DNA of 64,000 nucleotides. Origin: an uncultured bacterium (GTDB lineage Bacteria; Verrucomicrobiota; Verrucomicrobiia; Limisphaerales; UBA8199). This document shows positions 10,407 to 20,876 of this stretch, piece by piece; the stretch's first letter is position 1, and every line of letters begins with the position of its first letter. The translations under genes were made by a program, and so were the position numbers. Location: contig CAVVMW010000006.1 of the NCBI GenBank assembly GCA_963749495.1, positions 672,001 through 736,000 on the forward strand, read 5' to 3'. Below the pieces are notes generated by a model, which saw only the letters and a program-made list of their open reading frames with translations, made no database searches and was not told the DNA's origin.

Positions 10407-11090
10407 TCAACGCTTCCTGTTGTAGCCTGGCTGCGAGTATTTGGCGGCGGCCAGGGCGAGGGCGCGCTCCTGAAGCGGTGGGTCGGGGGAGAAATCGAGC
10501 CATTGGACAGGCGGCTCGAAGGGGGCGGCCGCGCGCATGGCCAGGTGCCAATCGGCCCGAGCCAGGCCCAGCGGTGGCGGTTGGACCGAGCCCTGGATGA
10601 GCAGGCCCTGCCGGGTGCGGCGCTGGGCGGCGCCGGCGATCTTGGCTCCGCCCCAGAGCAGGTCTGAGGCCTCGTAGCCGGCGAAGCACTGGCCGGCGGC
10701 GGACTTGCGGGCGCAGGGGGCCAATTCGACGCTCAGGCCGAGCCGTGAGAAGGCGGCCTGCATCCAGGCATGGAGCGCGCGGTAGCTCTGTGTTGCGCGC
10801 AGGGCGTGCCAGGGATTGCCCGCAGGGAATACCAGGCTGTAAGTCCAATCGGCATCATGGGGGACGATTCCACCGCCCGTGGGCCGCCGCACCAGCGGGC
10901 GCAGCCGGGTCAGACGCCCGACCTCCTCGTGCCGCTGGAAATATCCGAAGGAGGCCGCCGGCTCGGACCAACTGTAAAAGCGCAAGACTGGCCGGCCCAG
11001 GCGCGGGCCCGCCTCCAGCAGTGCCTCATCCAGGGCCATGTTGAAGGCGGCCTCGCCCGGGCCCGACTCGATGAGGTAGGCCGTGGTCAT
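10407..11090 (-). CDS. Lipoate-protein ligase A / octanoyltransferase family protein
   Basis: NMALDEALL, SFGYFQ, RRPTGGG and KIAGAAQRR motifs. Confidence 0.9.
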   Translation of the reverse strand: MTTAYLIESGPGEAAFNMALDEALLEAGPRLGRPVLRFYSWSEPAASFGYFQRHEEVGRLTRLRPLVRRPTGGGIVPHDADWTYSLVFPAGNPWHALRATQSYRALHAWMQAAFSRLGLSVELAPCARKSAAGQCFAGYEASDLLWGGAKIAGAAQRRTRQGLLIQGSVQPPPLGLARADWHLAMRAAAPFEPPVQWLDFSPDPPLQERALALAAAKYSQPGYNRKR

Positions 11091-11096
11091 CTGGCT

Positions 11097-11250
11097 TTCA
11101 CCCCCATCCGCGGGCAGAGGCATTTGTTCGACGGGTCGGACGGGTCGGACGGGTCGGACTCACGCCCGCTCCAGTGCAGCGGGATCTTTTCACGTTTCAC
11201 GTTTCACGTTTCACGTTTCACGTTTCTTCACCCCCACCCGCGGGCAGAGG
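11097..11250. repeat. 9-mer and 7-mer tracts bounded by a 24-bp direct repeat
   Basis: (ACGGGTCGG)x3 and (TTTCACG)x5 lie between TTCACCCCCAYCCGCGGGCAGAGG copies at 11097-11120 and 11227-11250. Confidence 0.9.
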
Positions 11251-11876
11251 GACTCCAATTCGCAATGGGGGCAATCGGGTTTGCGGGCATTGCAGCGGTT
11301 GCGGCCGTGGAAAATGAGCCAGTGACTGAAGAGGGTCCACTGGTCCGGCGGGAGCAGTTCCATCAGGTCCTGTTCGATGCGGGCAGGGTCTTGAGCCGTT
11401 GTCAGGCCCAGGCGCTGCGAGAGCCGGGCCACGTGCGTGTCCACCACGACACCGCAAGCGATGTTGAAGGCATTGCCGAGCACGACGTTGGCGGTCTTGC
11501 GGCCGACCCCGCTCAGGGCGGTCAACTCTTCCATCGAACGAGGGACCTGGCCGCCATGGCGCTCGACCAGGGCGCGGCAGCAGGCCCGGATGTTCCTGGC
11601 CTTGTTGCGGAAGAACCCGGTGCTCTTGATGGCCTCCTCCAGTTCGGCCGCGGGGGCCTGGGCAAAGTCGGCGGCAGAGCGGTATTTCTGGAACAGATCT
11701 TTGGCGACGAGATTGACGCGCTTATCGGTACACTGGGCGGAGAGGATCGTGGCGATGAGCAGTTGAAGGGGATCGGAGTGCTCCAGGGCGCACCGGGCAT
11801 CCGGGTAGGCCTCGGCAAGGAGGGCCACGATCTTTCTAAGCCGGCCGGTCTTTGCGGTTTTGGATTCGCGGGGCAT
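11211..11876 (-). CDS. nth: Endonuclease III
   Basis: LLIATILSAQCTD, HhH motif LSGVGRKTANV, VDTHV, Fe-S motif CX6CX2CX5C. Confidence 0.97.
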   Translation of the reverse strand: MPRESKTAKTGRLRKIVALLAEAYPDARCALEHSDPLQLLIATILSAQCTDKRVNLVAKDLFQKYRSAADFAQAPAAELEEAIKSTGFFRNKARNIRACCRALVERHGGQVPRSMEELTALSGVGRKTANVVLGNAFNIACGVVVDTHVARLSQRLGLTTAQDPARIEQDLMELLPPDQWTLFSHWLIFHGRNRCNARKPDCPHCELESLCPRVGVKKRET

Positions 11877-11928
11877 GGAGGGCAAAGGCTGAAGGCTAAA
11901 GGCTGAAGGCTGAAGTGATTGCGGGGGC

Positions 11929-14158
11929 CTATTTCTTTTCGACGGCTGGCGGGGCGTTGGTGGCTGGAGGGGCGGGTCGGGCGGGCGCGATGTAGGACGG
12001 GGCGTTGGGGCCCAGGACAGTGGTGCTCTTGGCGAAGCCGGGGAGGGAGCGATCCAGCCAGCCGTGCCACCAGGAAATGGCCAGCAGCAGGGTGGCAGCC
12101 AGGGCCAGGTAAGATTTCCAGGGGTGGTGTTTGTCGGCGAACAGGTCGGTGAGGTCGCGTTGGGCGCCTGCAGGAAGGCAGGCGACGCGGGTCAGAGAGG
12201 CGCCGAAGGGCACATTGATCCTGGCCTTGGCATTGACGGCCCAACCGTTGGCATCGAGGATGGGGCCGAGGTTGCGCCGGTGCAGCTTGAGCCAGGCCAC
12301 AAGCATCGACGGGCCGGAGATAATGAGCATGATGCCAACCACTCCCAGGGGCATCAGCCATTTCAGGCTCAAGAAACCCATTAGGATGCTGCCGATCATG
12401 CCGCCCACGCCGGCGGCGCCCACGCTCAAGGCGGCGATGAGACCAGGGTCGATCTTCGTGGGCGCCCCAGGCGTCGGACCCTGGGCCGGCGCGGTCTGGG
12501 TTTTGGCGGCGGCTTGGCTCAGCCGGGTGAGGGTCTCCTCATCGGTTTCGGCGGCGTGCTTGGCTATCTGCTCCTGGATCGCGCGGGCGGCCTTCTTGTA
12601 TGGGGCCCAGAAGGCCTGGCGGATGCTGATCGGGTTGTCCACGATCCGGGTGATCGTGGCGTCCCAATCCCGGCCCTGGCGGTCGTAGAACACGCCGTTG
12701 CGGCCAACCATCAAGTTGTCCGAGTCCCCGTCGGTGAAGGCGGCGACGATCTGCCTGGCTTCGCCGGTGCTCTTGCGGAGGCAGTCGCAATAGGCCAGGT
12801 AAGTCCCGGAGAGGCCGGCCATGGCGGCGTGTTTGGCCCCATCGGCCACGGTGATGCACAAATCGCAGCTCCGCTGGTCCAGGTAGAGCGTGCCCGCCTG
12901 GAAGATCGCCTTACCCTGGCGTTCATAGAAGTCGCGGAAGCAGACGAAGTTGTTGACCAGTTTGTAAAGGTCCCTGTAATAGCGGGTCAGACGTTCCACG
13001 GCGGCGATGGCATTGACCTCGGGCTCCAGGGCCTTGTCTTTGGCGATGAGGGCGGTGATGGTTTGCCTGCTCGTTCCGGCGAGGACCTCGCGCACGCGCG
13101 GCAAGCCGAACTTCTCGACGCTCACGGCGGGCTTGGACTGGGTCCAGGCCTCATAGGCCGCGAATTTTCGGGTGATGGCCGCCCAATCCGATTCGTCCAA
13201 GGCGGCCTTGCCGTCGAACATGGGGTTGACCACTTTGGCGACAAAGCCGGCCATGGGGCCCGTCCAGGCCGGGTTGAGGCCCTCGGTGAGTGAGAGCGGT
13301 TTGCCAGGCGCCACCTGGGCCAGGGGGAACCCGGCGGTGTCGGCGCAACTCAGGGACAGGTCCTTCGCGGCCAAGGCATGGTAGGCCTCTTCCTCGGGGT
13401 TCAATACGTTGACGGCGCGCGGATCGAAGGCAGCCAGCCGGCAGCGGACAAAGTAATCGTCCACCTTGGGTTGAATCGCCTTGAACGCGGCGGCCGCATC
13501 GGTCGAGTTGCCCAGCGGCAAAATCGTGCTGTCGGCCTCAGCCTGCCTCCACCAATCCGAATAGGCCTGCGCTTGGGCAAAGAACAGGTCGAGCTTGTCC
13601 TGGCTGACGCCGGGCTTGCCGCTGCGATCCGTCTCGGCGCCCAGGCACGTGATGATCTCCGCAAGCACCGTCCGCGTGGCCTCGTCCTGCCCCGAGTCAA
13701 CCGGCACGATGCCGTCCCCGTTGAAGTCGGTCTGGGCGAAGATGCTTTCGGTATCGAGCGTGTCCTCGATGGTGATGGCCGTGGCGTCGGGTTTGCGGAG
13801 GTTGCGGAGGATCTGGCGGGCGGAGGCCAGGAGTTGCCGGCCTTCGGGGGTGGCGTCGTTGATGGCGCTGAGCGGCAACTGGGCCGAGCCCCTGGAGCAG
13901 GTCATCGGGATTCTTGAGGCAGTTGCCCGCCCATTTGCAGGCCGCGATGACCTCGGGGGCGCGGATGCGCCCGTCATGGTCTGTGTCCACCATCGCGAGG
14001 GTCTTGGAATCGAATTCCAAGCCCGTGGTGGGGCACGCCAGGGCCACCCAGAGCTTCTGGTCCAACTGGTCCAGGGCCAGCAGGTCGGCCCCGGTTTCGA
14101 GCCGGACCTGGTCAAAGCCGCCGGCGCGAAAGAATTTCCAAGCGTGGCTTGAGTCCAT
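11929..14158 (-). CDS. Hypothetical membrane protein with EF-hand-like loops; frameshift near 13890
   Basis: N-terminus 'WKFFRAGGFDQV...WVALACP', DxDxDG loops (DTDHDG, DFNGDG), C-terminal TM helices; two ORF-track frames join. Confidence 0.7.
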
Positions 14159-14184
14159 CGATCCAGTCGGACGGGTTGTGAGAA

Positions 14185-14544
14185 TCAGTTTTCCGTGGCA
14201 AGCAGGACGCCCTCCTTGAGCACGGTTTGAAAGAAATGATCGCCAGAGGCCTTCTTTTCGTCCAGGCGGGAGGGGCAGATCGGGACCAGCGTCAATGAAG
14301 GACGCGGCCAGATCCCCCATATCTCGTGACGGAAATCCCTGGCGGCCTCCAATTGACGCTCCGCGCCGTCGGCCACAATGCACAAATCCAAGTCGCTGTC
14401 GGGCCGCGCCTGCCCGCGAGCGTAGGAGCCGAACAAATAAACCGCACGGACGTGCCGCGCGCGGTTGAAGGCCTCCAGGCATTTGGCGAGGGTTTCTCGC
14501 TGTGACCGCAGGGCAGGTGGTAAATTGTCCAGCAGCAGTCTCAT
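14185..14544 (-). CDS. Minimal nucleotidyltransferase (MNT/MntA-type antitoxin)
   Basis: VYLFGSYARG...SDLDL motif, 119 aa. Confidence 0.9.
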   Translation of the reverse strand: MRLLLDNLPPALRSQRETLAKCLEAFNRARHVRAVYLFGSYARGQARPDSDLDLCIVADGAERQLEAARDFRHEIWGIWPRPSLTLVPICPSRLDEKKASGDHFFQTVLKEGVLLATEN

Positions 14545-14641
14545 TACCCAAAGTCTAACATCGGACCGCGGCGCCAGACAAGGCGTTTCGTGTTGCGCTA
14601 CGGCTACGAGCCTGTTCCAGATACGAATGGCCCAACCCCGG

Positions 14642-15883
14642 TTACACGCATTCCGGCTCCTCGATCTCGCGCGGGGCGGGGGCCAGGGGCGTGCCGTCTT
14701 GGGCTTCCGGGTACTCGAAGACGCGCCCCTCGTAGTTGCGCACGAGGACGCGCTCGGAATTGCGGCTCAGGATGTAGTCGGGGTTGACGGGGACCTTGCC
14801 GCCGCCGCCGGGGGCATCAATGACGTATTGCGGGATGGCGTAGCCGGTGGTGTGGCCGCGCAGGCTCTCCATGATCTGGAGGCCCTGGCGAACGCTGGCG
14901 CGCAGATGGGCCGAGCCCGCGATGAGGTCGCACTGGTAGAGATAGTAGGGTTTGACGCGGCACATGAGGAGCTTCTGGACATGGACCTTCATGACCGCCG
15001 GGTCGTCGTTGACCTTGCGCAGGAGGACCGATTGATTTCCCAGGGGGATGCCGGCGTCGGCCAGGCGGCCCAGGGCGTCGCGCGCCTCGGTGGTCAACTC
15101 GCGGGGATGGTTGGAATGGATGCTCACGAAGAGCGGGTGATAGCGGGCCAGCACGGCGCAGAGCCGCGGGGTGATGCGCTGGGGCAGGAAGATGGGGATG
15201 CGAGTGCCGATGCGGAGGAACTCGACGTGCGGGATGGACCGCAACTGGCCCAGCAAATAGTCCAGCTTCTCGTCGCTCAAGAGCAGCGGGTCGCCCCCGC
15301 TGAGCAGGACATCCCGGATGCCGGTTTGGCGGCGGATATAATCCATCTGGCGCTCGAACTGGGGATGAAAGTCGTAGCCGGAGGCATTGCTGACCAGGCG
15401 CGAGCGCGTGCAATAGCGGCAATAGGCCGCGCACCGGTCGGTCACCAGGAACAGCACACGGTCCGGATAGCGGTGGACCAGTCCGGGCACGGGCGAATGC
15501 GCGTCCTCCCCGCAGGGGTCGCTCATCTCCCATGGGGCGGTGTGGGTCTCCTCAACGCGCGGGATCACTTGCCGGCGGATGGGGCACTCCTCGTCCGCCG
15601 GGTCGATCAGATTGAAGAAATACGGTGTCAGGGCCAGCGCCAGCTTCTGATTGGCCAGGGTGGCCCCGGCGATCTCCTCCGGCACCAGCGTCGGCATCAG
15701 GCGCTGCAGTTGCTCCAGCGTGGTAATGCGGTGCTGGAGTTGCCAGTGCCAATCTCCCCAGTCGGAATCGGCAACCTGGCTCCAATACCCTCGGCCTGCT
15801 GAGTGGAATTCCTTGAGAAAAGGCAGAGGGCGTCGCGATGGTGGCTCGTCGCTGCTCCCGGATGTCGTGGTGCTAGTCTGCAT
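14642..15883 (-). CDS. KamA-family radical SAM enzyme (lysine 2,3-aminomutase-like)
   Basis: HRYPDRVL, CAAYCRYCTR, LSGGDPL, NQSVLL and YVIDAPGGGGK motifs. Confidence 0.93.
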   Translation of the reverse strand: MQTSTTTSGSSDEPPSRRPLPFLKEFHSAGRGYWSQVADSDWGDWHWQLQHRITTLEQLQRLMPTLVPEEIAGATLANQKLALALTPYFFNLIDPADEECPIRRQVIPRVEETHTAPWEMSDPCGEDAHSPVPGLVHRYPDRVLFLVTDRCAAYCRYCTRSRLVSNASGYDFHPQFERQMDYIRRQTGIRDVLLSGGDPLLLSDEKLDYLLGQLRSIPHVEFLRIGTRIPIFLPQRITPRLCAVLARYHPLFVSIHSNHPRELTTEARDALGRLADAGIPLGNQSVLLRKVNDDPAVMKVHVQKLLMCRVKPYYLYQCDLIAGSAHLRASVRQGLQIMESLRGHTTGYAIPQYVIDAPGGGGKVPVNPDYILSRNSERVLVRNYEGRVFEYPEAQDGTPLAPAPREIEEPECV

Positions 15884-15956
15884 GTGTTCCCTACGTTTTT
15901 GACTATAGATGTGATCCGCACGGTGTCAAGCGGGGGAAAAAACAAGGTGGGACGCT

Positions 15957-16640
15957 CACCCCGTAGCGGTGCCCGATGGTAGCCGTGGACTTCCAGTCCA
16001 CGGACCCATGGCCCAAGCTCAACCGCGTCGCGTAGCGACGCCTGAAAACCCCGAAGTCGTCAGGCGTCGCTACGCGACGCGCGGCCATTCCCCCGCCCCA
16101 AACCGTGGACCGAGGTCCACGGCTACCTTCACTGCGTCGCTCCGCGACGCTCGCGCTGCCCCCGGCTCACCGCGTAGCGGTGCCCGAAGGTAGCCGTGGA
16201 CTTCCAGTCCACGGACCCATGGCCCAAGCTCGACCGCGTCGCGTAGCGACGCCCGAAAACCGCGAAGCCGTCAGGCGTCGCTGCGCGACGCGCGGCCATT
16301 CCCACACGCCGAACCGTGGACCGAGGTCCACGGCTGCCTTCACCGCGTCGCTCCGCGACGCCCGCGCTGCCCCCGGCTCACCGCGTAGCGGTGACCGAAG
16401 GTAGCCGTGGACTTCCAGTCCACGGACCCATGGCCCAAGCTCAACCGCGTCGCGTAGCGACGCCCGAAAACCGCGAAGCCGTCAGGCGTCGCTACGCAAC
16501 GCGCGGCCATTCCCCCGCCCCAAACCGTGGACCGAGGTCCACGGCTACCTTCACTGCGTCGCTGCGCAACGCGCGGCCATTCCCACACGCCGAACCGTGG
16601 ACCGAGGTCCACGGCTGCCTTCACCGCGTCGCTCCGCAAC
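15957..16640. repeat. Tandem array of REP/BIME-like palindromic units, 3 x 211 bp plus a partial copy
   Basis: GTAGCGGTG...GGTAGCCGTGGAC recurs at 15963, 16174 and 16385; internal CGTGGAC/GTCCACG and GCGTCGC/GCGACGC hairpins. Confidence 0.9.
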
Positions 16641-16679
16641 GCACACATTGCCCCGGGGATTCCGCGGCGGTGGCGCGAA

Positions 16680-17378
16680 TCACTTGCTGGCGGCGCGAGG
16701 GGCAGGTTTCCACTGCCTCAGTTTCCAGTCTATGGTGACTTTGACGAAATCGCCGCTCTTGAGGCCGATGCCCAGGATGGTCTTTTCCACAGGGCCGACC
16801 TTGAAATCGGACATTTTCAGCGGCACGGTGCCGGTGATCTGGAGTTCCTTCCCCTCCTTGCCTTGGAGCGGCAGGATGTTGACGGGCATGGAGATGGGCT
16901 TGGTCACGCCGCCCACGGTCAGATCGCCCTTCACATCGAAAAGGTAAGGCGCGTCCTTGGCCTTGGCCGCTTCCTTGAGCACAAGCTCACTCAGGCGAAA
17001 GGTGATGTAGTCGAACTTGTCGGCCTTGAGGTGGTCGTACATGACGCCGTCCATCGCGTCGCTGTAGCTCCTGCCGTCGGCTTCTTTGCTCTTGAGCGAG
17101 CGGACACTGACATAGACGTTGGTGGCCTGGGCCTGGACCTTGCCGGGCGTGACGGCCTGGCCGGGCTCGATGGGGAAACCGGGCCGAACCTCGAGATGGC
17201 CCGCGATGGTGGTGCCCTGGACAAACCAGACGGTATGAATGGCGTTGGCGGTGCCTTCAATGCGCACCTTGCTGCCGGGTTTTGCAGTGTAGGTGAGCGT
17301 CTCGTCGGCCGCCTGGACGGCGACGGCTGCGGCCATGAACAGCGCGAGCTGGGCTGCGATGAGTGTTGGTTTTTTCAT
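16680..17378 (-). CDS. YceI-family periplasmic lipid/polyisoprenoid-binding protein
   Basis: Signal peptide; 'HLKADKFDYITF', 'KGDLTVGGVTKPI' and 'MSDFKV' YceI pattern. Confidence 0.85.
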   Translation of the reverse strand: MKKPTLIAAQLALFMAAAVAVQAADETLTYTAKPGSKVRIEGTANAIHTVWFVQGTTIAGHLEVRPGFPIEPGQAVTPGKVQAQATNVYVSVRSLKSKEADGRSYSDAMDGVMYDHLKADKFDYITFRLSELVLKEAAKAKDAPYLFDVKGDLTVGGVTKPISMPVNILPLQGKEGKELQITGTVPLKMSDFKVGPVEKTILGIGLKSGDFVKVTIDWKLRQWKPAPRAASK

Positions 17379-17429
17379 GTGTAGTCGTGTTTCCAGAGTA
17401 TTTGATTCTGTAGGATAATGACGTTGGAA

Positions 17430-18799
17430 TTATGAACCTAATTCATACAAGTCGGGCGGGATGTCGACGCGCCGTGCGCCGAGGATGGCCTCGTTGGCCT
17501 TGATGGCGGTGACGGCCGCCTGGTAGCCCTCGGTATAGCCGGCTGCGGGCCGGTGACGGACCTCTTTGGCGAGGTTCTCGTGGAGGCCCTCGACATCGTC
17601 TTTGCCGTAAGCCTCGATGTAGTCCTTAGTGGTCTGGATGAAGTCAATGGCGTTGAGGGCAAAGGTCTGGAGGGCCGCATAGAGGGGCGTAGTGGCAATC
17701 AGGGGCGGGGCCTGGGCGCCCGCGGGTTTGGGTTTGCTGGCATCGACCGCCAGGGCGATGCCGGTGTCCTTGTAGAACTGGTCCTTGGCGGCATAGACCT
17801 CCCAGCCGAAGAGGGGGGAATCCACTTCCTTGAACATCCAGGCCTTGCCGTCGCGGAACAGGACGGCGGCGCTGGTGCCGTAGAGCACTTCGTAAGCCCC
17901 CTCGAAGGAGTTGCCCAGCGTGGCGTCGTAGTTGAGGCAGACCCCGCCCGGAAACTCGAACGTGGCCTGGATCGTGTCCAACACGTCCCGGTTGTCTTCG
18001 GTCCAGACCTTGAGCGAGCCGAGCCCCAGACCGATTTGGGTCTGGCGTTCAGGTGCAGAGCCACCTCATCGACGGCGTGGCAGCCGACCTCGCCGACCAG
18101 GCCCAGGGAGGTCGCCTTGTTCAGCCGCCAGTTCATCTCTTTTTCGCGCTCTGGATTCGAGGACTGGGTGTACCAGCTTGTCTTTTTGTGCCACTGGGCG
18201 CGGGCCAGGATATTCTGGCCGATATTGCCGGCGTGGGTGAATTTTTGAATGAAGAGTTGCAACGGGTCGGAGCGGGCCTGCAGGCCGGCCTGGAAAACGT
18301 ATTGCTTGGCGGCCCGGGCGGCCAGGGCAATGGCGCGGGCGTCCTCGATGGTGTTGGCCAGGGGCGCCTCGCAATAGACATGCTTGCCGGCCTTGAGGGC
18401 CTCGATTGCGATGTCCTTGTGTTTGTGCGTCGGGGTGGCGACGATGACGGCGGGGATGTCCGGGTTCGCGAGAATGGTCTTGTAATCGGCGGTCGTGGCC
18501 GCCTTGGGGAACTCCTTGGCGCAGCGCCGGACCGAGGCCGGGTAGGTGTCGCAGATAGCGGCCACCTCGGCCTGCGGCAGGCAAGCCAGGGCGCTGAGAA
18601 TCTCCCGCCCCCAAACGCCCAGGCCGATGACGGCGAACTTGAGGGTGGGCCCGGTGACGGCTGGTTGGGCAGCCTGCTCTCCCTCCGCCTGGGCAGACAG
18701 CTCGACCCCGCCCAGCAGGGTCATCAGCGTGGCGAGCGACCCGCCCCTGAGAAAATCCCGCCGGTTAAAATCCGCCGGTTTCATTTCGTTCTCGTTCAT
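17430..18799 (-). CDS. Tat-exported Gfo/Idh/MocA oxidoreductase; frameshift near 18030
   Basis: NRRDFL Tat motif, IGLGVWG, ATPTHKH, GKHVYCEAP; C-terminal half in ORF 17430-17984. Confidence 0.88.
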
Positions 18800-18809
18800 A
18801 ATTCCCAGA

Positions 18810-19704
18810 TCACTCGACCGCCGCCTTCTGGGGGCGGGCGTCCATTTTCTCCAGGCCCACGGCCCACTTGATCCCGTTCAGGATGAGCTTCTGGTAGGCC
18901 TCGGCGACTTCCTTGGGGTTCCTGCGGTCGGGCCAGGTCGGGTCCCAGACATCTTCACGATGGCCCAGCGAGGTGTAGAAGACGCGGCCCTTGCCGTATT
19001 CCTTGCACCAGGAGACCGGGTAATAGCCGGGGCTCTTGTTGTTGGGGTGCTTGTCGAGCGAGAGGAGGTCGTGGTAGGTGGAGCGATCGTAGTTCTTGAA
19101 CTGATAAGATCTCGTCGAAGACCTTCCAATCGGCCGGGAGGTGGCCGCAGATGGGGCATCCCTGGTCCCTGTTGAGGGCATCCACGGAGACCTGGGCCTC
19201 ATGCGTCTTGAATTCGGCGCCAATCATATCGATGTACCCGGGGAAACCGTGGAACGTGTCGGTGGCCGAGTGCATGCCCACAAAGCCTTTGCCGGACTTG
19301 ACCCAATCCAGGAAGGCCTGTTTGTCGGGCAGGGGCAGGTTGCCGGTGGTGTTGGCAAAGATGACGGCGTCGTAGTTCTTGAGCGCCTCGGGGCTCATCT
19401 TCTCGGCCAGGACGTCCTCGATGGCCTTGTTCACCTTGGCGGTGTCGGGCCGGCCGTTCTCGCCTTTGAATTGCGGGTCCTTGGGCTCGACCCGGGCATA
19501 CTCCACAGTGAAGGTGCCGGTATCGGCGCCCAACTGGGCAATGACCTTTTCGGCGGTTGGGATTGAATCGTGCCGGAAACCTTTGGTCACCGTCACGACC
19601 AGGACCCGTTTGGGGGCGGTCTGGGCCGCCGCGGCCAGCCCGAGGGCGCACAGCGCCCCTGCGAGCATTACTTTGCCGGAGAGAACAGTATTCATAGTTT
19701 TCAT
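18810..19704 (-). CDS. ThuA-like domain protein; frameshift near 19105
   Basis: TKGFRHDSIP and GKGFVGMHSATD; C-terminal 'YGKGRVFYTSLGH' in the second frame. Confidence 0.88.
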
Positions 19705-19839
19705 ACTCTTTACCAACAGCTCAACGTCTATTTGTCAATCGTGAGACTCGTTCACCACCGATGAAATTCACTTTTTGCCTTGCGGTCAAGCTTCTCTTGC
19801 GGGCAAGGCCTCAGTGCAGGCCGGAGCGGCACGGGGGCC

Positions 19840-19896
19840 GACCCCTCACCCCGGCCCTCTCCCCTTCGGAAGGGGAGAGGGTTGGGGTGAGGGGTC
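19840..19896. repeat. REP-like hairpin (CCCCTCACCCCGGCCCTCTCCCC family)
   Basis: Palindromic; the same family occurs at 23506-23655. Confidence 0.8.
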
Positions 19897-20002
19897 CGGG
19901 CGGGACTGTCCTCGCCTCCACCGACCGCTTGCTCTTGCGGCGCAACTTCTCTTGCCTGTTTCCGGGCGCGGCCCTAAGCTGTCCCTGATTCAGGTGAATC
20001 CA

Positions 20003-20807
20003 ATGGAGTCTAAGTACGTCGAGAACAAATCGGTACTGGGCGCGCTATACGGGCGGGCCGGAGGCGGCGTTGCGCGAGTCGCACGCGCGGCGGGCGACGG
20101 AGTTTGCGGACGAGGCGGAGTGGTTCCGGTGCGTGAAGGAGGATTTCCCGAAGTACCTGCCGGTTCTGAAAGAGCATTGCGGGATCGAGTTCTTCGGGCG
20201 CATCCTGGAGATCGGCGCCGGCGGCGCCTGGCTGAGCGCCGAACTGTCCAAGCAGCCCCGGGTGGTCGAGGTCACCGCCACCGACTTTTCCCCGGCGCTG
20301 CTCAAGGAGCAGGCGCCCCGCGTCTTTGCCCTGCTCAACGCCAACACGGCCAAGATCACCCGCACCCCGGGAGACTTCCACCAACTGGATTTCCCGAACG
20401 ACCACTTCGATTTCGTGGTCAGTTCCGCCGTGCTGCACCACGCCACCAACATCGTCCAGGTCCTGCGCGAGGCCAAGCGCGTCCTCAAGCCCGGCGGCCA
20501 ATTCGTCGCCATCCGCGAGCCCGTCTGGCCACTGGTCAAGATCAAGTCCCGCGCCAAGATGCTCCAGAAGCTTGTGGCCACGGGCGTCAACGAGCGCTTT
20601 TACACCCTGGCCGACTACAAGGAGTTCTTCCGCCAGGCCGCCCTGCCCATGGAGGTCAAACCGGTGAACCTGGCCCACGGCTTCAAATACTACGTCAACG
20701 AGATGGTCAATGGCCTCACCCACGCCCGCTATGCCTTTGTGGGGACCAAGAGACCACGGGACCACGGGACCACAGGACCACGGGACCGAAGGGAAGAAAG
20801 GGACTAA
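20003..20807 (+). CDS. Class I SAM-dependent methyltransferase; probable frameshift near 20050
   Basis: ILEIGAGGAW, FDFVVSSAVLHH, RVLKPGG; upstream ATG (MESKYVENK) is in another frame. Confidence 0.85.
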
Positions 20808-20876
20808 AGGGACGAAAGGGACTTAAGGGACCCTTTTCGTCATTCGTCATTCGTCATTCGTCATTCGTCATTCGTC
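20742..20876. repeat. Stacked 9-mer and 7-mer tracts between convergent genes
   Basis: (GACCACGGG)n, (AAGGGACNN)n and (TCGTCAT)x5; both flanking ORFs end inside the tracts. Confidence 0.9.

Noticed and set aside
15957..16640. CRISPR array for the type III-B system
   Set aside because: The period is 211 bp, units are near-identical and highly palindromic, and there are no unique spacers. This is REP/BIME-like.
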